49,610 nt of DNA, taken from contig CALGXJ010000128.1 in assembly GCA_937936035.1 (NCBI GenBank), positions 1 to 49,610 of the forward strand, read 5' to 3'. The notes below the pieces were generated by a model, which saw only the letters and a program-made list of their open reading frames with translations, ran no database searches and had not been told where the DNA came from. The stretch's first letter is position 1; every line of letters starts with the position of its first letter. Shown in pieces: positions 1-10,079 of this stretch. The stretch comes from Candidatus Kapaibacterium sp. GTDB taxonomy: Bacteria; Bacteroidota; Ignavibacteria; Kapaibacteriales; UBA2268. The translations under genes were made by a program, and so were the position numbers.

Positions 1-134
1 TAAAAAACAAAGAAGTAATTAACGAGATAACATTAGAAATACAAAGACTTAAAAAAATGTAGGGAGTTACTACCGCAAACAAAGACTATATACCATCCAT
101 TACAGCGGCGCAGAGACGGAGGATGTAATACAAA

Positions 135-1103
135 ATGAAAAAATATTATATATATATATTGATTGCACTTGTGGCGGTGCTTTTTTTGCGGTTCAACCGA
201 CAGGACCTGCTGATAAAGGATGTTGTCGGGATAATAGGAGGCGACCATCACCAGTATTATGCAATGGTGGATTATTTTCGTGGGCAAGCACCTTTCTGGT
301 ATTCAGACGCTCCATTCAACAAAAGGCTGTTGGTGCCGCTTTTGGCGGCGGCATTGCCATTTGAACGAGGCTTTTCGCTAAATTTGATTAATGCAATATT
401 GTTGTATTTGGGCTTTGCGTTTGCGTTCGGGACACTTGCAAGGCAGTATGTGCAGCCAAAGGTTGGGCTTTATATTGTGTTGCTACATATTTTTTGTTTT
501 CCTGTGTTCTATTATAGTGTTGTAGGGTTTGTGGATGCGGCTCTTGTGGGGTGGATGATGATTTCGCTTTCCTTGCTTTTGGGAGGTCGCTACTTGTGGT
601 TTAGCATTGCTGTGGCAGTTGGCTTGTTTCTGAAAGAGAGCATAATAATAGTATTTGCTTGCGGATTGCTGCATTTTATTTTCAAGAGAAACTGGAAGCA
701 AGCTGGTTTGCTCGTGATGCTGTATGTGGTAGCATACTTTTTGCATCAGAAGATTATGCAGGTATTAAATTATGGAATACCATACACTTATAGCTGGGAA
801 ATTGAGCTATCGACACTGAAGAATAATCTTGCACGCCCGCGGACTTATCTGTCGTTTTTGCTTTCTGCATATCCTTCGTTGATAATTTTTGCAATAGGTA
901 TATACTTATATTTAAAGAAAAAATTTGCCGTGAAAGATATGGAAATTGCTTTGTTGTGTTTTGCCGGGCTTGCACTGGTGCTTGCATTGTATGTATATTC
1001 ATTGTTTGTGGCATACTCCGATGGCAGGTTTATCTATCCGGCTATAGCATTTTCGATATATCTTTCCGGGATAATAGCAAAAGAGAATGCCCCTGGGTGT
1101 TGA
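135..1103 (+). CDS. Polytopic integral membrane protein, possibly a GT-C-type glycosyltransferase; function unresolved
   Basis: 322-aa ORF with about 9-10 hydrophobic segments. The ATG lies a few nt after a GGAGGA motif at about 119-124. It sits near glycan-export genes. No diagnostic motif was recognised. Confidence 0.6.
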   Translation: MKKYYIYILIALVAVLFLRFNRQDLLIKDVVGIIGGDHHQYYAMVDYFRGQAPFWYSDAPFNKRLLVPLLAAALPFERGFSLNLINAILLYLGFAFAFGTLARQYVQPKVGLYIVLLHIFCFPVFYYSVVGFVDAALVGWMMISLSLLLGGRYLWFSIAVAVGLFLKESIIIVFACGLLHFIFKRNWKQAGLLVMLYVVAYFLHQKIMQVLNYGIPYTYSWEIELSTLKNNLARPRTYLSFLLSAYPSLIIFAIGIYLYLKKKFAVKDMEIALLCFAGLALVLALYVYSLFVAYSDGRFIYPAIAFSIYLSGIIAKENAPGC

Positions 1104-1148
1104 AGCTGCAGGGACATTCACAGCGAAATAAATATTATAATCAACTCT

Positions 1149-1649
1149 TTACTCTATTCCCATTCGTTGTTTCAGGATTTTCTGTGTGTAAGGAATTAGC
1201 CCGCCGGCATCAACTATTGCTTGACGAGCTTTTGGCAGTGGAACAATCGGAAATTCTTTGCCTTGCGTTTTGTTAATAACTTTGTCGTTCAGAATTTCGA
1301 GTTCGTCGCCAACTTCTGCTTCGATTTCAGGGCAAATAACTGTTCGCAAGCCCAGATTGATGCTATTTTGCAGGAAGATACGAGCAAAATCTCTTGCAAC
1401 AATAGTCAGGTTGTGCCCTTTCAGGCACGAAGCTGCCTGCTCGCGAGAAGAACCGCAGCCGAAGTTCTTTCCGGCGAGAATAACTCTTGTTTCGTCAGTT
1501 TTTTCAGTATTAAGCAATTTGTTGAGTTCCTTTATATCATCAAAGGCGAATTGTGGAGTTTCCGATGGCAGAACAGTTGCCATATATCGTCCGGGATAGA
1601 TAATATCGGTCGAAATATCATCACCAAATTTATAGATTACTTTAGCCAT
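1149..1649 (-). CDS. leuD: 3-isopropylmalate dehydratase-type (aconitase family) small subunit, short archaeal-like form
   Basis: 166 aa. Starts MAKVIYKFGDDISTDIIYPGRY and contains GKNFGCGSSREQAA, typical of the LeuD/HacB swivel domain. It lies 1 nt downstream of the large-subunit gene. Confidence 0.85.
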   Translation of the reverse strand: MAKVIYKFGDDISTDIIYPGRYMATVLPSETPQFAFDDIKELNKLLNTEKTDETRVILAGKNFGCGSSREQAASCLKGHNLTIVARDFARIFLQNSINLGLRTVICPEIEAEVGDELEILNDKVINKTQGKEFPIVPLPKARQAIVDAGGLIPYTQKILKQRMGIE

Positions 1650-1650
1650 A

Positions 1651-2967
1651 TTAAAAACCTCCTTTTTGCGGATTTGTTATCATTCCGGTTATTGCCGAAG
1701 CAGCAGCAACAGCCGGGGAACACAGATAAACGTCAGATTCGGGATTGCCCATGCGCCCTTTGAAATTGCGGTTTGTTGTTGCGAGTGCTACTTCTTTGTC
1801 GCCCAAAGCTCCCTGGTGCACACCAAGACAAGGACCACAACCGGGGTTCATAACAACTGCGCCGGCTTTTACAAGGTCGTTTACATAACCGAGTTCGAGT
1901 GCCTTTTGGTATATTTTGAATGAAGCAGGGAAAACAAGCATACGCACACCGCGGGCAACTTTTTTGCCACGGAGAATGTTTGCCGCAGTTTCTAAATCGT
2001 CTAAGCGTCCATTAGTGCAAGAACCAATAACAATTTGGTCTACTTTCAGTCCTTCGACTTCCGTAACTGGCTTAACGTTATCAACTGTGTGTGGGCAGGC
2101 AATCTGCGGAACAAGTGTTGAGGCATCTATTTCGACAACCTGACAGTATTTAGCGCCTTCGTCCGGAGCGATAAGTTCAATATCGCCTGTTACGCCGGCT
2201 TCTTCGCGCAGGAATCGGATGGTTTCTTGGTCTGGCGGGACAATACCGGAAGTAGCGCCGGCTTCGACAGCCATATTACACAATGTAAGGCGTCCCGAGG
2301 TGCTCATATTGCGAATAGTCGAGCCGTGAAATTCTAACACTTTGAAATTTGCACCTTCTGCTGATATTTTGCCAATCAAATGCAAAATAATGTCCTTAGG
2401 TTGAACATATTTTGGAAGTTCACCCTCGACAACCACTTTGATAGTATCGGGCACTTCTACATTAAGCACATTACCGAGAGCCCACACCGACGCCATTTCG
2501 GTTGCACCAATTCCGAAGGCAAATGCTCCAAGAGCACCGTGAGTGGTTGTGTGGCTGTCTGTTCCAACTACAACATAGCCGGGCAAAACATAGCCGTTTT
2601 CTGGTAGGATTTGGTGGCAGATGCCGCCTTCGTCGCCACGAATATCGTGAAATTTAGTAATTCCTTGTTCAGCAACAAATGCGCGGATTTTTTTCTGATT
2701 GGTGGCGGTTTTCTTGCTTTCTGCGGGAACTCTGTGGTCGAAAATAATAGCAATCCGGTTCGGGTTCCACACTTTTGCGGGGCGACCCAGACCAGCGAAA
2801 ATTTCCTGGAATTGGTTCATCACAAGTGCAGCATTTTCGTGCGACATTGCAGTATCGACAGCTGGTTCGAGCACTTCGCCGACATCAACGCTTTGTCGGG
2901 AGGTTGCACGTGCCAGAATTTTTTGAACAATCGTTTGACCCATTTTCTCCTCAATTTCTGTGTTCAA
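1651..2967 (-). CDS. leuC: 3-isopropylmalate dehydratase-type (aconitase family) large subunit
   Basis: 438 aa. Has DSHT, GSCTNGR and NPGCGPCLG cluster-ligand motifs characteristic of aconitase-family dehydratases. Confidence 0.88.
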   Translation of the reverse strand: MNTEIEEKMGQTIVQKILARATSRQSVDVGEVLEPAVDTAMSHENAALVMNQFQEIFAGLGRPAKVWNPNRIAIIFDHRVPAESKKTATNQKKIRAFVAEQGITKFHDIRGDEGGICHQILPENGYVLPGYVVVGTDSHTTTHGALGAFAFGIGATEMASVWALGNVLNVEVPDTIKVVVEGELPKYVQPKDIILHLIGKISAEGANFKVLEFHGSTIRNMSTSGRLTLCNMAVEAGATSGIVPPDQETIRFLREEAGVTGDIELIAPDEGAKYCQVVEIDASTLVPQIACPHTVDNVKPVTEVEGLKVDQIVIGSCTNGRLDDLETAANILRGKKVARGVRMLVFPASFKIYQKALELGYVNDLVKAGAVVMNPGCGPCLGVHQGALGDKEVALATTNRNFKGRMGNPESDVYLCSPAVAAASAITGMITNPQKGGF

Positions 2968-3188
2968 AATGAAAATTAGAATTTATAATTTATAAACAAT
3001 TTTTTTAAAAAAGAAGTAATTTTGATTTGAATAGCAAAATTTCAGAGATCAAAAAATAAGCGAAATTATATTGCGAGTATCTTATGGATTGTTTCCCAAT
3101 GATTATGATTAATAGTTGCGATGTGCTGGGATAGAAGAATTAGAACATTATACAAACCTCTTTTAATGAGAGGGAAAAGATAAGTTTT

Positions 3189-3211
3189 CAGGACGCACCC
3201 AGTGCGTCCTG
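3189..3211 (-). terminator. Perfect 10-bp GC-rich hairpin immediately after the manC stop codon; no U-tract
   Basis: CAGGACGCAC-CCA-GTGCGTCCTG. The manC stop codon is at 3217-3219. The missing U-run makes intrinsic-terminator function uncertain. Confidence 0.4.
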
Positions 3212-3216
3212 TGCAA

Positions 3217-4323
3217 TCAGATATATTCTTCGCCGAACTTGTTTTTTACGTCTTCGACGCATTGGCGAACCTGCTGCACTTTGTCGGCTGGGCAGACAAG
3301 CACAGCGTCGTCTGTTACTACCACAGCAACACCTTCCATTCCGAGCACAGATACAACAGCCATTTTGCTTTCGTTGATAACAATAGAGTTGCCTGTTGCA
3401 ACAAGCGAAGTCCGACCAATGGAAATGTTTCCACTGCTATCAGCCGGGCGTGTTCGTCGCAGAGCATCAAGTGCCCCGACATCGTCCCAGTTGAACAATG
3501 CGCGAGCAACGGCAACATTGGCGGTTTTTTCCATAAGCCCGTAGTCTATTGAAATATTGGGAAATTCCTTGAAAATATCTCCAATTTCATTTAGCAAAGA
3601 GTTGGACGGATTATTGATTGAACTTGCTAAATTATTAGCCATTGGTTCAATTTGATTGCCAACTTCGGGAAGATGCTGCTTCAACTCACTAACAAATGTT
3701 GAGAGCTTATAGAAAAACATTCCGCTATTCCAGAGGAAATTGCCGGAGGCAAGGTAGTGGGTTGCTGCTTCGGTGGAAGGCTTTTCGCGGAAGCTCAGGA
3801 CATTGAAAATTAATTGCCGGTTGGGAACTTTTTCGCCAAGCTCGATATAGCCGTAACCGGTTTCCGGGCGAGCTGGAGCAATGCCAATTGTGAGAATTTT
3901 TCCTTCGGCTTCGGCGTATTTCATTGCTTCATCAACTGTTTCGATGAATGAGTGCGAAGGGAAAATATGCTGGTCGGCAGTGAGCACAGATACGGATAAG
4001 TCAGGTTCATTGCTGTATTTTGCAAGAAGGACTGCGGCACCAAGCGCAAGGCAGGGAGCAGTATTGCGTTTGTATGGCTCGGGTATAATGTTTTCCGGGG
4101 GGAAGTCGGTAAGCATATTTCGCATAATCGGAGCAAGCAATTCGCTTGTGATAATATAAATGTCCCGCTTGTCGATAAGCGGAGCCACTCGCTCAACAGA
4201 TTCTTCCAGCATTGTTTTGTTGTCTGAAACTAATTTTAGCAATTGTTTCGGTTTTTTGCGTCGGCTAAGTGGCCAAAAGCGTTCGCCAGAACCGCCTGCC
4301 ATAATTAAAGCAACTCTTTTCAT
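3217..4323 (-). CDS. manC: Mannose-1-phosphate guanylyltransferase (GDP-mannose pyrophosphorylase)
   Basis: 368 aa. N-terminal MKRVALIMAGGSGERFWPLSR nucleotidyltransferase signature. Lacks a C-terminal PMI/cupin extension. Confidence 0.85.
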   Translation of the reverse strand: MKRVALIMAGGSGERFWPLSRRKKPKQLLKLVSDNKTMLEESVERVAPLIDKRDIYIITSELLAPIMRNMLTDFPPENIIPEPYKRNTAPCLALGAAVLLAKYSNEPDLSVSVLTADQHIFPSHSFIETVDEAMKYAEAEGKILTIGIAPARPETGYGYIELGEKVPNRQLIFNVLSFREKPSTEAATHYLASGNFLWNSGMFFYKLSTFVSELKQHLPEVGNQIEPMANNLASSINNPSNSLLNEIGDIFKEFPNISIDYGLMEKTANVAVARALFNWDDVGALDALRRTRPADSSGNISIGRTSLVATGNSIVINESKMAVVSVLGMEGVAVVVTDDAVLVCPADKVQQVRQCVEDVKNKFGEEYI

Positions 4324-5060
4324 TGATAGCCCTTATTTTTTTTATATAAATATGCAAAACATTTATAAAAAGCAAAGAATGAAACGCCTAAAATTATAAT
4401 TGCCCACATCCAGTAAGGAAGAAACAAATATTTTTCTAAATAACCTGTATCGGAATACATTATTTTGCCATTCATTTCTATACGGTCTATGAAAAAATAT
4501 CCGACATTTGGGTATAGGCTGAGCATAGAGGACACACCGAGAAATTGAAGCACTAACTGCTTGGTTCTGTCCGACGATTTTATTCCAATATACATTAGCA
4601 AGGCACCTATTGCAATCAAAAACAGTACTCCAAACACAGAACGCACCCATATCACAACTGTGATAATAATCAAAGCGCCAACAATCACAAGCAACCTTTG
4701 AGTTGCTTTGACTGAAGCGGAAGAATAAATGAAAAGCATACCGGCAAAAGTAGGTCCGAGCGGTCCGCTAATGGCAACAATAGCCTGCCCGATTGAGCCA
4801 AGGAAAAGCTCTCCGGAATGCACAGCAACCCCAGAACCATCGGGATGCACAAGAAGGTAATTAAAGTTGCCCCCGAGTAGAAATGCTGCAAGTCCGTGCC
4901 CCATTTCGTGAAAATATGTTGCCAGAATTGTCAATGGGTAGAGGTAATAGAAACCGTTGGGTATATTCCAAATAAGAATAATTATAAAGGAAAAGCCCGA
5001 AAAATACCAAGGCGAATTTTTATTGAAATGCCTATTTGAGAGGTCTTGCGGAAGAGACAT
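4320..5060 (-). CDS. M50-like integral membrane metallopeptidase
   Basis: 246 aa. HEMGH zinc motif (YFHEMGHGLAA) lies within a transmembrane segment, with several further TM helices. Overlaps the manC start by 4 nt. Confidence 0.7.
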   Translation of the reverse strand: MSLPQDLSNRHFNKNSPWYFSGFSFIIILIWNIPNGFYYLYPLTILATYFHEMGHGLAAFLLGGNFNYLLVHPDGSGVAVHSGELFLGSIGQAIVAISGPLGPTFAGMLFIYSSASVKATQRLLVIVGALIIITVVIWVRSVFGVLFLIAIGALLMYIGIKSSDRTKQLVLQFLGVSSMLSLYPNVGYFFIDRIEMNGKIMYSDTGYLEKYLFLPYWMWAIIILGVSFFAFYKCFAYLYKKNKGYQ

Positions 5061-5063
5061 AGT

Positions 5064-6536
5064 TTAGTCCTTTTTGTTCAACTTCAGAAGTTTGCGGATA
5101 TGGTTCAATTCCGATTGAGTGAAAAATTTAAGTAAGTAAAGAATTACAGAAAACGATGCAAGAAACAGCAATCGCACCAATATCGCCCATTTCATTTCGA
5201 GTGATATAGTTGCTTCTTTTGCAACAAAATAAACTATAGCCGTTGAGAATACAATAATCCAGACTCGCCGCCATTCGTATGCAATAGGGTAGATTTTTTG
5301 TTGATGGATGTATAAATTGCTTGCACCAACTATATATCCGGCAACAATTGCAATAGAGGAGCCCCAGTATGAAATATATGGAATAAGAATTAAGTTTAAA
5401 ATTAAGCTTACCGCTGCACCAAGCCCGACAGAAATCCCAACATAACGCGTGTTTTTAGTAATTAGGAAGCCAGCGGCAAAATGCGATTGACTGCCATTGA
5501 TAAAAAATGCAAGCAATATCACCGGCACAATGGCAAGCCCTGTCCAATAGGACGGTTCGATAAAGCGACCACCGATGAACGGCAATTGAACTAAATATTC
5601 GATAAAGAGAGAAGTGGCAAGGAAGATACCCGAACAAAATAGCACATAGTAAGTAAAAATGCGAGCAAAGAGTTCTTTTGCTCCTTCTTCGTTGTAGCGG
5701 CTCAAATAAAATGGCTTCCAAGCATAATCGAAAACAGTAACGACAATCATCATAGGAATTGCGAGGCGAAAATTAACAGCGTAAATAGCTAAATCGTTTG
5801 TCGAGGCAAGCGCTTTCAGAAAAGGACGGTCTGCCACTTGCAGAATCATTGCCGATAGGTTTGCCGGAAGGGTGGGCAGTCCGAACCTGAACATATCTTT
5901 GATAAGCTTCCAGTCGAAATACTTAACCAAGTTGCTTCTTACTTCCTTGTAAACGATAAGAATTCCGAGCGAGGACGCTATAAGCTGCGAAATCATAACT
6001 CCCATTGCACCCCAGCCGAGCGACACAACCAAAATTAAGTTGTTCGCAACTGCAATAATAATAAGCAAAAGCCTTGTTTGTGCAAATTTCCTTGCCTGAC
6101 GTGTCATCCGAAGATATGCATAGGGGATTAGAATTAAACTGTCGAAAAGCGGAATAAGAACAGAGATACGAACAATTGTCGCGGCTTTGGGCAAATCTAT
6201 CAAATCGTAAGCGAAAAAGTCGGCAGTAAGAATTACAACCAATGCGAACGAAGCGGCAATGCTGGAAATTACAAACATTGCGTTTGAGAACACCTTTCGG
6301 CATTGCTCGGGATTGTCCTTTTGGTAGAATCGGAAGTAAGATGACTCCAATCCGAACGAGAAAATAATATTAAGAAAAGCGAGAATGGAATATATAAATG
6401 TAATTTCCGCAAGTTCTGTTTTTGTAAGGTAATTGGTGTAGAGCGGAGTAAGCAGAAACGAAAGAAACCGACCTATTACCTGAAAAACTCCATATATAAT
6501 AGTGTCGCTTGCAAGCGACTTGATTTTATCACGCAT
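5064..6536 (-). CDS. MOP/Wzx-type oligosaccharide flippase (polysaccharide biosynthesis protein)
   Basis: 490 aa with about 12-14 TM segments. N-terminus SLASDTIIYGVFQVIGRFLSFLLTPLYTNYL is typical of polysaccharide-biosynthesis flippases. First gene of the flippase/M50/manC operon. Confidence 0.75.
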   Translation of the reverse strand: MRDKIKSLASDTIIYGVFQVIGRFLSFLLTPLYTNYLTKTELAEITFIYSILAFLNIIFSFGLESSYFRFYQKDNPEQCRKVFSNAMFVISSIAASFALVVILTADFFAYDLIDLPKAATIVRISVLIPLFDSLILIPYAYLRMTRQARKFAQTRLLLIIIAVANNLILVVSLGWGAMGVMISQLIASSLGILIVYKEVRSNLVKYFDWKLIKDMFRFGLPTLPANLSAMILQVADRPFLKALASTNDLAIYAVNFRLAIPMMIVVTVFDYAWKPFYLSRYNEEGAKELFARIFTYYVLFCSGIFLATSLFIEYLVQLPFIGGRFIEPSYWTGLAIVPVILLAFFINGSQSHFAAGFLITKNTRYVGISVGLGAAVSLILNLILIPYISYWGSSIAIVAGYIVGASNLYIHQQKIYPIAYEWRRVWIIVFSTAIVYFVAKEATISLEMKWAILVRLLFLASFSVILYLLKFFTQSELNHIRKLLKLNKKD

Positions 6537-6667
6537 ACAAAGACGTCAATATTTAAATTATAAAATTAATTAAATGTTCACATAAAAAGTAAGTTTTTTT
6601 TCTCAATAAAATTATATATTAAACTTCATTAGTGTATAACATTTGTAAAATTATAAAAAATTCATTT

Positions 6668-7006
6668 ATGAAAACAAAACTTGAAAAATTCGAAAATTAT
6701 TGTCTGATGAAGTTAGACGGGCAATTTGTGGGTGGGGACGAAACAGATGAATTTTTCAATCTTGCGATGGGTGCTCTTGCTGATGGATGCAAAAATCTCG
6801 TGATGGATTTCAAGGATGTGCTCTATTTTAGCTCGATAAGCATTGGCAAGCTGATTAAGCTCAATTACGAATACAACCTGAAGGACTCGCGTTTGATACT
6901 GACAAATGTGAATAAGACACTCCAGGATGTGTTCAAGATTACTAAGGTCTCGTCTATTTTGAGAATAACATTGACAATGGAAGAGGCATTGGAGCAGGTG
7001 AAATAA
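6668..7006 (+). CDS. STAS-domain protein (anti-sigma-factor antagonist-like)
   Basis: 112 aa from the internal ATG at 6668 (the track ORF begins at 6632). Layout is a ...LDG.F.G.... DFKDVLYFSSISIGKLIKL ... pattern with a C-terminal FKI....L helix, typical of SpoIIAA-like STAS folds. Confidence 0.65.
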   Translation: MKTKLEKFENYCLMKLDGQFVGGDETDEFFNLAMGALADGCKNLVMDFKDVLYFSSISIGKLIKLNYEYNLKDSRLILTNVNKTLQDVFKITKVSSILRITLTMEEALEQVK

Positions 7007-7160
7007 AAAGACTATCCTTGATTGTGGATAGTCCGAAATTTTACGCTAAGTTTGTTATAGGAAGTATCCTTAATTGTAATACGAATTATTTGAAAAAGTG
7101 TTTCAACTTTTTTCGCAGATTATCATAAAGCGAATAATGCAAGATTGTCCGAATATAAAT

Positions 7161-7201
7161 AAAAAAGGCTGCTTTTTGTGCGAAGCAGCCTTTGTGTTTT
7201 T
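7161..7201. terminator. Bidirectional intrinsic terminator between the STAS gene and yidC
   Basis: 11-bp perfect stem AAAGGCTGCTT / AAGCAGCCTTT with an 8-nt loop. Flanked by an A-run upstream and a T-rich run downstream, so both strands read stem plus U-tract. Confidence 0.8.
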
Positions 7202-7210
7202 ATCAATCAT

Positions 7211-9070
7211 CTACTTTTTGCGTTTAGGGCGATTTTGATTTGGGCGGTTGCTGTGTTGTGGCTTTGCACCGGGTAGGGTGCGTCCTTGAGCTTCGGCTAA
7301 TTCCTGAGCTTCTCGCATTTTGCGTTGCAGCCAGCCTTCTTTCTTGGGCATTTTCTTTAAGTCTTCGAGAGTTAGACGTTTTTTAGAAAACTTGTTTATA
7401 TAAATTTGTTGTGCAATTGACAGCAAATTGAAGAAGAAATAGTATAAATTAAGTCCAGATGGGAAGTTTGAGAACAAGAAAAGAAACATTACCGGCATCA
7501 TATACACCATTGCTTTTTGGCGTGGGTCTGTGATAGTCATCTTTTGCTGAATGAACATAGTAACGCCCATAAGCACTGCCAAACCCGATAAGTGGCTAAT
7601 TCCGAGGAAGGAAAAACCAAATTTCAAAATTACGTCGGGCATCGATAAATCTGTAATCCACCAGATAAACGGTTCCTGACGAAGTTCTATAGCCGAACGC
7701 AGCACTGCCCAAAGAGCGAATAAAATAGGCATTTGCAGCAGCAAGGGCAAGCATCCGCTTGCAGGATTTATTCCATATTCGGAATAAAGCTTCATTATTT
7801 CTTTCTGTTGAGCTTGCTGGTCGTCCTTGTATTTGGTGCGTATTTTTTCCATTTCGGGCGAAAGCAGTTGCATCTTTTGAGCTGAACGCATCTGGGTGAT
7901 GGACAACGGATGAAGCAAAAGTTTGATTATGAGCGAGAAAATTAATATGGCAATCCCGTAATTCGGCACAAATTTATGCACAAACTGGAATATCGGCAGC
8001 ATAAAGTGTTCGCCAATCGGACGTATCAGGAAACGCCAGCCAAAATTAATCAAAGCGTTCATCCCGTACGAACGAACAATATTGTATTCGAGCGGACCGA
8101 TGAATATTTTGAAATTGTTTTGCTGCTGACCACCTTTGTATGGGATGCGGTAGTTTATCGAGTAAGTTTCGGTGATGCCATTATTGGCGTGGTGGCGGGC
8201 GTATCCGGAAATATCAACTGTGCCGTCGAAACTTTGCCAGGGCTGTGGCATTATTGAAGTAGCAAAATATTTAGTTTTGATTGCGGCGTAGTCAATTATT
8301 CCTGTAAAGCTTTTTTCGATTGGCTTGGTATCAGTAGCATTGACTTCTTCAACTTCGCCGTTCATCTGGACTATTGCCATAGCGTCGCTTGCTTCGTCGA
8401 CGCTGTTGTATTCCTGCGGGGGCAATCCTTTTTCCCAAACGAGATTGTATCCACGGGTTGGGAGCACATCTTCCAGATTAGCAACAGTGATATTTTGTTC
8501 TAAATGGTATTTATCTCCGAAGAATTTAAGTGCTTTACTGATTTTACGATTATTTCCCAAGTCAAGTTCGAACACAAGGTTTACCGATTGGTTGCCTTGA
8601 ATTTTTATGTTAGTTGAGGATTGGTTGGCAAGCGAGAAGTTAAGGTCGCGGGTGTCGATTTTCTTTGCATCAAGAGTAACGAAGTTGATGAAGAGTTCAC
8701 CATTGCCGCGGCGGATAAGCTGCACAGGAGTTTTGTCCCATTTTTTGTATTTTTTGAGTTTCCAGGATTTGAGAACGGCACCGCGGGAAGAGATTTCAGC
8801 AACGAACAAGTCATTTTCAATTGTATAAATAGTTTCGTTTTGCGAGGCAAATTGCGAAAAAATACCGTAGCGTTGCTGAATTTGGGAGGAATCTACAACA
8901 GATTTCACCGGAGCAAGGCTATCCTGTGCTTTTGCAGGCTGCTGGTGAGCTGTGGTATCTGCCGGGGTATTTTTAGGCGGATTTGGCACTTCTGTAATTG
9001 ACATATAGAAGAGCCACCCAAAGAGCAGCAGCATAATCAAAGACATTCCGATAAATGAATTTCTATCCAT
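7211..9070 (-). CDS. yidC: Membrane protein insertase YidC (long periplasmic-domain form)
   Basis: 619 aa. One N-terminal TM, a large periplasmic domain, then a conserved C-terminal core (...MQLLSPEMEKIRTKYKDD..Q.E.MKLY.EYGINP..GCLPLLLQMPILFALW...) and a basic tail. Sits in the rnpA-yidD-yidC context. Confidence 0.95.
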   Translation of the reverse strand: MDRNSFIGMSLIMLLLFGWLFYMSITEVPNPPKNTPADTTAHQQPAKAQDSLAPVKSVVDSSQIQQRYGIFSQFASQNETIYTIENDLFVAEISSRGAVLKSWKLKKYKKWDKTPVQLIRRGNGELFINFVTLDAKKIDTRDLNFSLANQSSTNIKIQGNQSVNLVFELDLGNNRKISKALKFFGDKYHLEQNITVANLEDVLPTRGYNLVWEKGLPPQEYNSVDEASDAMAIVQMNGEVEEVNATDTKPIEKSFTGIIDYAAIKTKYFATSIMPQPWQSFDGTVDISGYARHHANNGITETYSINYRIPYKGGQQQNNFKIFIGPLEYNIVRSYGMNALINFGWRFLIRPIGEHFMLPIFQFVHKFVPNYGIAILIFSLIIKLLLHPLSITQMRSAQKMQLLSPEMEKIRTKYKDDQQAQQKEIMKLYSEYGINPASGCLPLLLQMPILFALWAVLRSAIELRQEPFIWWITDLSMPDVILKFGFSFLGISHLSGLAVLMGVTMFIQQKMTITDPRQKAMVYMMPVMFLFLFSNFPSGLNLYYFFFNLLSIAQQIYINKFSKKRLTLEDLKKMPKKEGWLQRKMREAQELAEAQGRTLPGAKPQHSNRPNQNRPKRKK

Positions 9071-9082
9071 ATTCTACTTCAA

Positions 9083-9322
9083 TTAATTGATAATCTTCTT
9101 TTTAAATAAAACATCAGGAACGGGGTCGAATCCGCCTTTCGAAAACGGATTGCACCGCACGATACGTTTAATTGCCAAAAAAGTTCCGAAAATAGAGCCG
9201 TGCTTTTCGATGGCTTCGATTGCATACTGGGAGCAAGTTGGATAGAAACGGCAGGACGGCGGGAAAATCGGGGAAATAGCAAACTTGTAGAATTTAATCA
9301 ATATTATTAAGATTTTCTTCAT
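9083..9322 (-). CDS. yidD: Membrane protein insertion efficiency factor YidD
   Basis: 79 aa from the internal Met. Contains [27 protein letters not shown], the conserved YidD motif. The track ORF extends to 9364; the shorter start was chosen because the conserved region begins right after [13 protein letters not shown]. Confidence 0.9.
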   Translation of the reverse strand: MKKILIILIKFYKFAISPIFPPSCRFYPTCSQYAIEAIEKHGSIFGTFLAIKRIVRCNPFSKGGFDPVPDVLFKKKIIN

Positions 9323-9707
9323 CAACTTGCCTTTTGATAATAGAATTACGGAATTTTTCGACAATTATCATAAATTCAGCGAAAACATCGGTCAATCTGA
9401 TAAGCGACGGCTTTGCAACGGGTGTTCGCCAGAATAAAATTATAGCCGAGATATTGATGTTGCCTGCCAGCAGCAAATGAACATATTGACGAAGAACTTC
9501 TCTCAGCAAACGCTTCACACGGTTTCGCACAACAGCCCGTTTCGAAACTTTCTTGCTTGCAACTACGGCATATTCAAGCGGATTTGCAGTTGCGTCGTTG
9601 CATTCGATTACTACAAATAAATTAGAAGTCGAAAATTTCTTGCCATTTGCGAAAACTTCCTGGAAGCGTTTTTGTTTCTTGATAGTGGCAAGCCGAGCAG
9701 ACGGCAT
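9294..9707 (-). CDS. rnpA: Ribonuclease P protein component
   Basis: 137 aa, basic. Lies between rpmH and yidD. The central [17 protein letters not shown] stretch matches the RnpA RNR motif. Confidence 0.9.
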   Translation of the reverse strand: MPSARLATIKKQKRFQEVFANGKKFSTSNLFVVIECNDATANPLEYAVVASKKVSKRAVVRNRVKRLLREVLRQYVHLLLAGNINISAIILFWRTPVAKPSLIRLTDVFAEFMIIVEKFRNSIIKRQVDEENLNNID

Positions 9708-9778
9708 TTTCGACCTCTTGAATTTATTTGCATATCAGTGAGCGGCTATGCTCAAAGTCTATGCATATTATCAAAGTA

Positions 9779-9925
9779 CTATCTTTCGTCGCTAACAGTC
9801 AGACGGTAACGACCTTTTGCACGGCGGCGTGCAAGCACCTTGCGACCATTTTTCGAAGCCATACGTGCGCGAAAACCGTGCTTATTAACTCTTTTACGAC
9901 GACTTGGCTGATACGTTCTTTTCAT
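9779..9925 (-). CDS. rpmH: 50S ribosomal protein L34
   Basis: Not in the supplied ORF track because it is too short. Hand translation of the minus strand gives [48 protein letters not shown], 48 aa, ending at a TAG whose complement occupies 9779-9781. This is the canonical L34 sequence in the canonical position upstream of rnpA. Confidence 0.95.
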   Translation of the reverse strand: MKRTYQPSRRKRVNKHGFRARMASKNGRKVLARRRAKGRYRLTVSDER

Positions 9926-10079
9926 AAATCACCTTAGCTCGATAATTTATTATAAATTATAGTTTTACGAAAAAATGAACTACAAATATAAGAATTTTTT
10001 TAGATTTATAAAATTATTTATCAATTGGATTTGAAATTAATTAAATGATACATAGTTTGAGCAGCGAGAAGTGAGTTCT

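Noticed and set aside
956-1276. 106-aa ORF bridging the end of the membrane-protein gene and the end of leuD
   Set aside because: It overlaps two better-supported genes in alternative frames and crosses a convergent intergenic gap. The sequence is Cys-rich and featureless.
1221-1763. Long antisense or overlapping ORFs inside well-supported genes. Examples: 1221-1763, 10185-10688, 14354-14944, 15242-15697, 15936-16331, 36166-36546, 47489-47845, plus many 60-130-aa ORFs inside the giant genes.
   Set aside because: Each lies wholly within, and opposite or out of frame to, a gene with strong family signatures. Their translations are low-complexity or Cys/Arg/Ser-rich, as expected for shadow frames. 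None has a plausible RBS or a recognisable motif.
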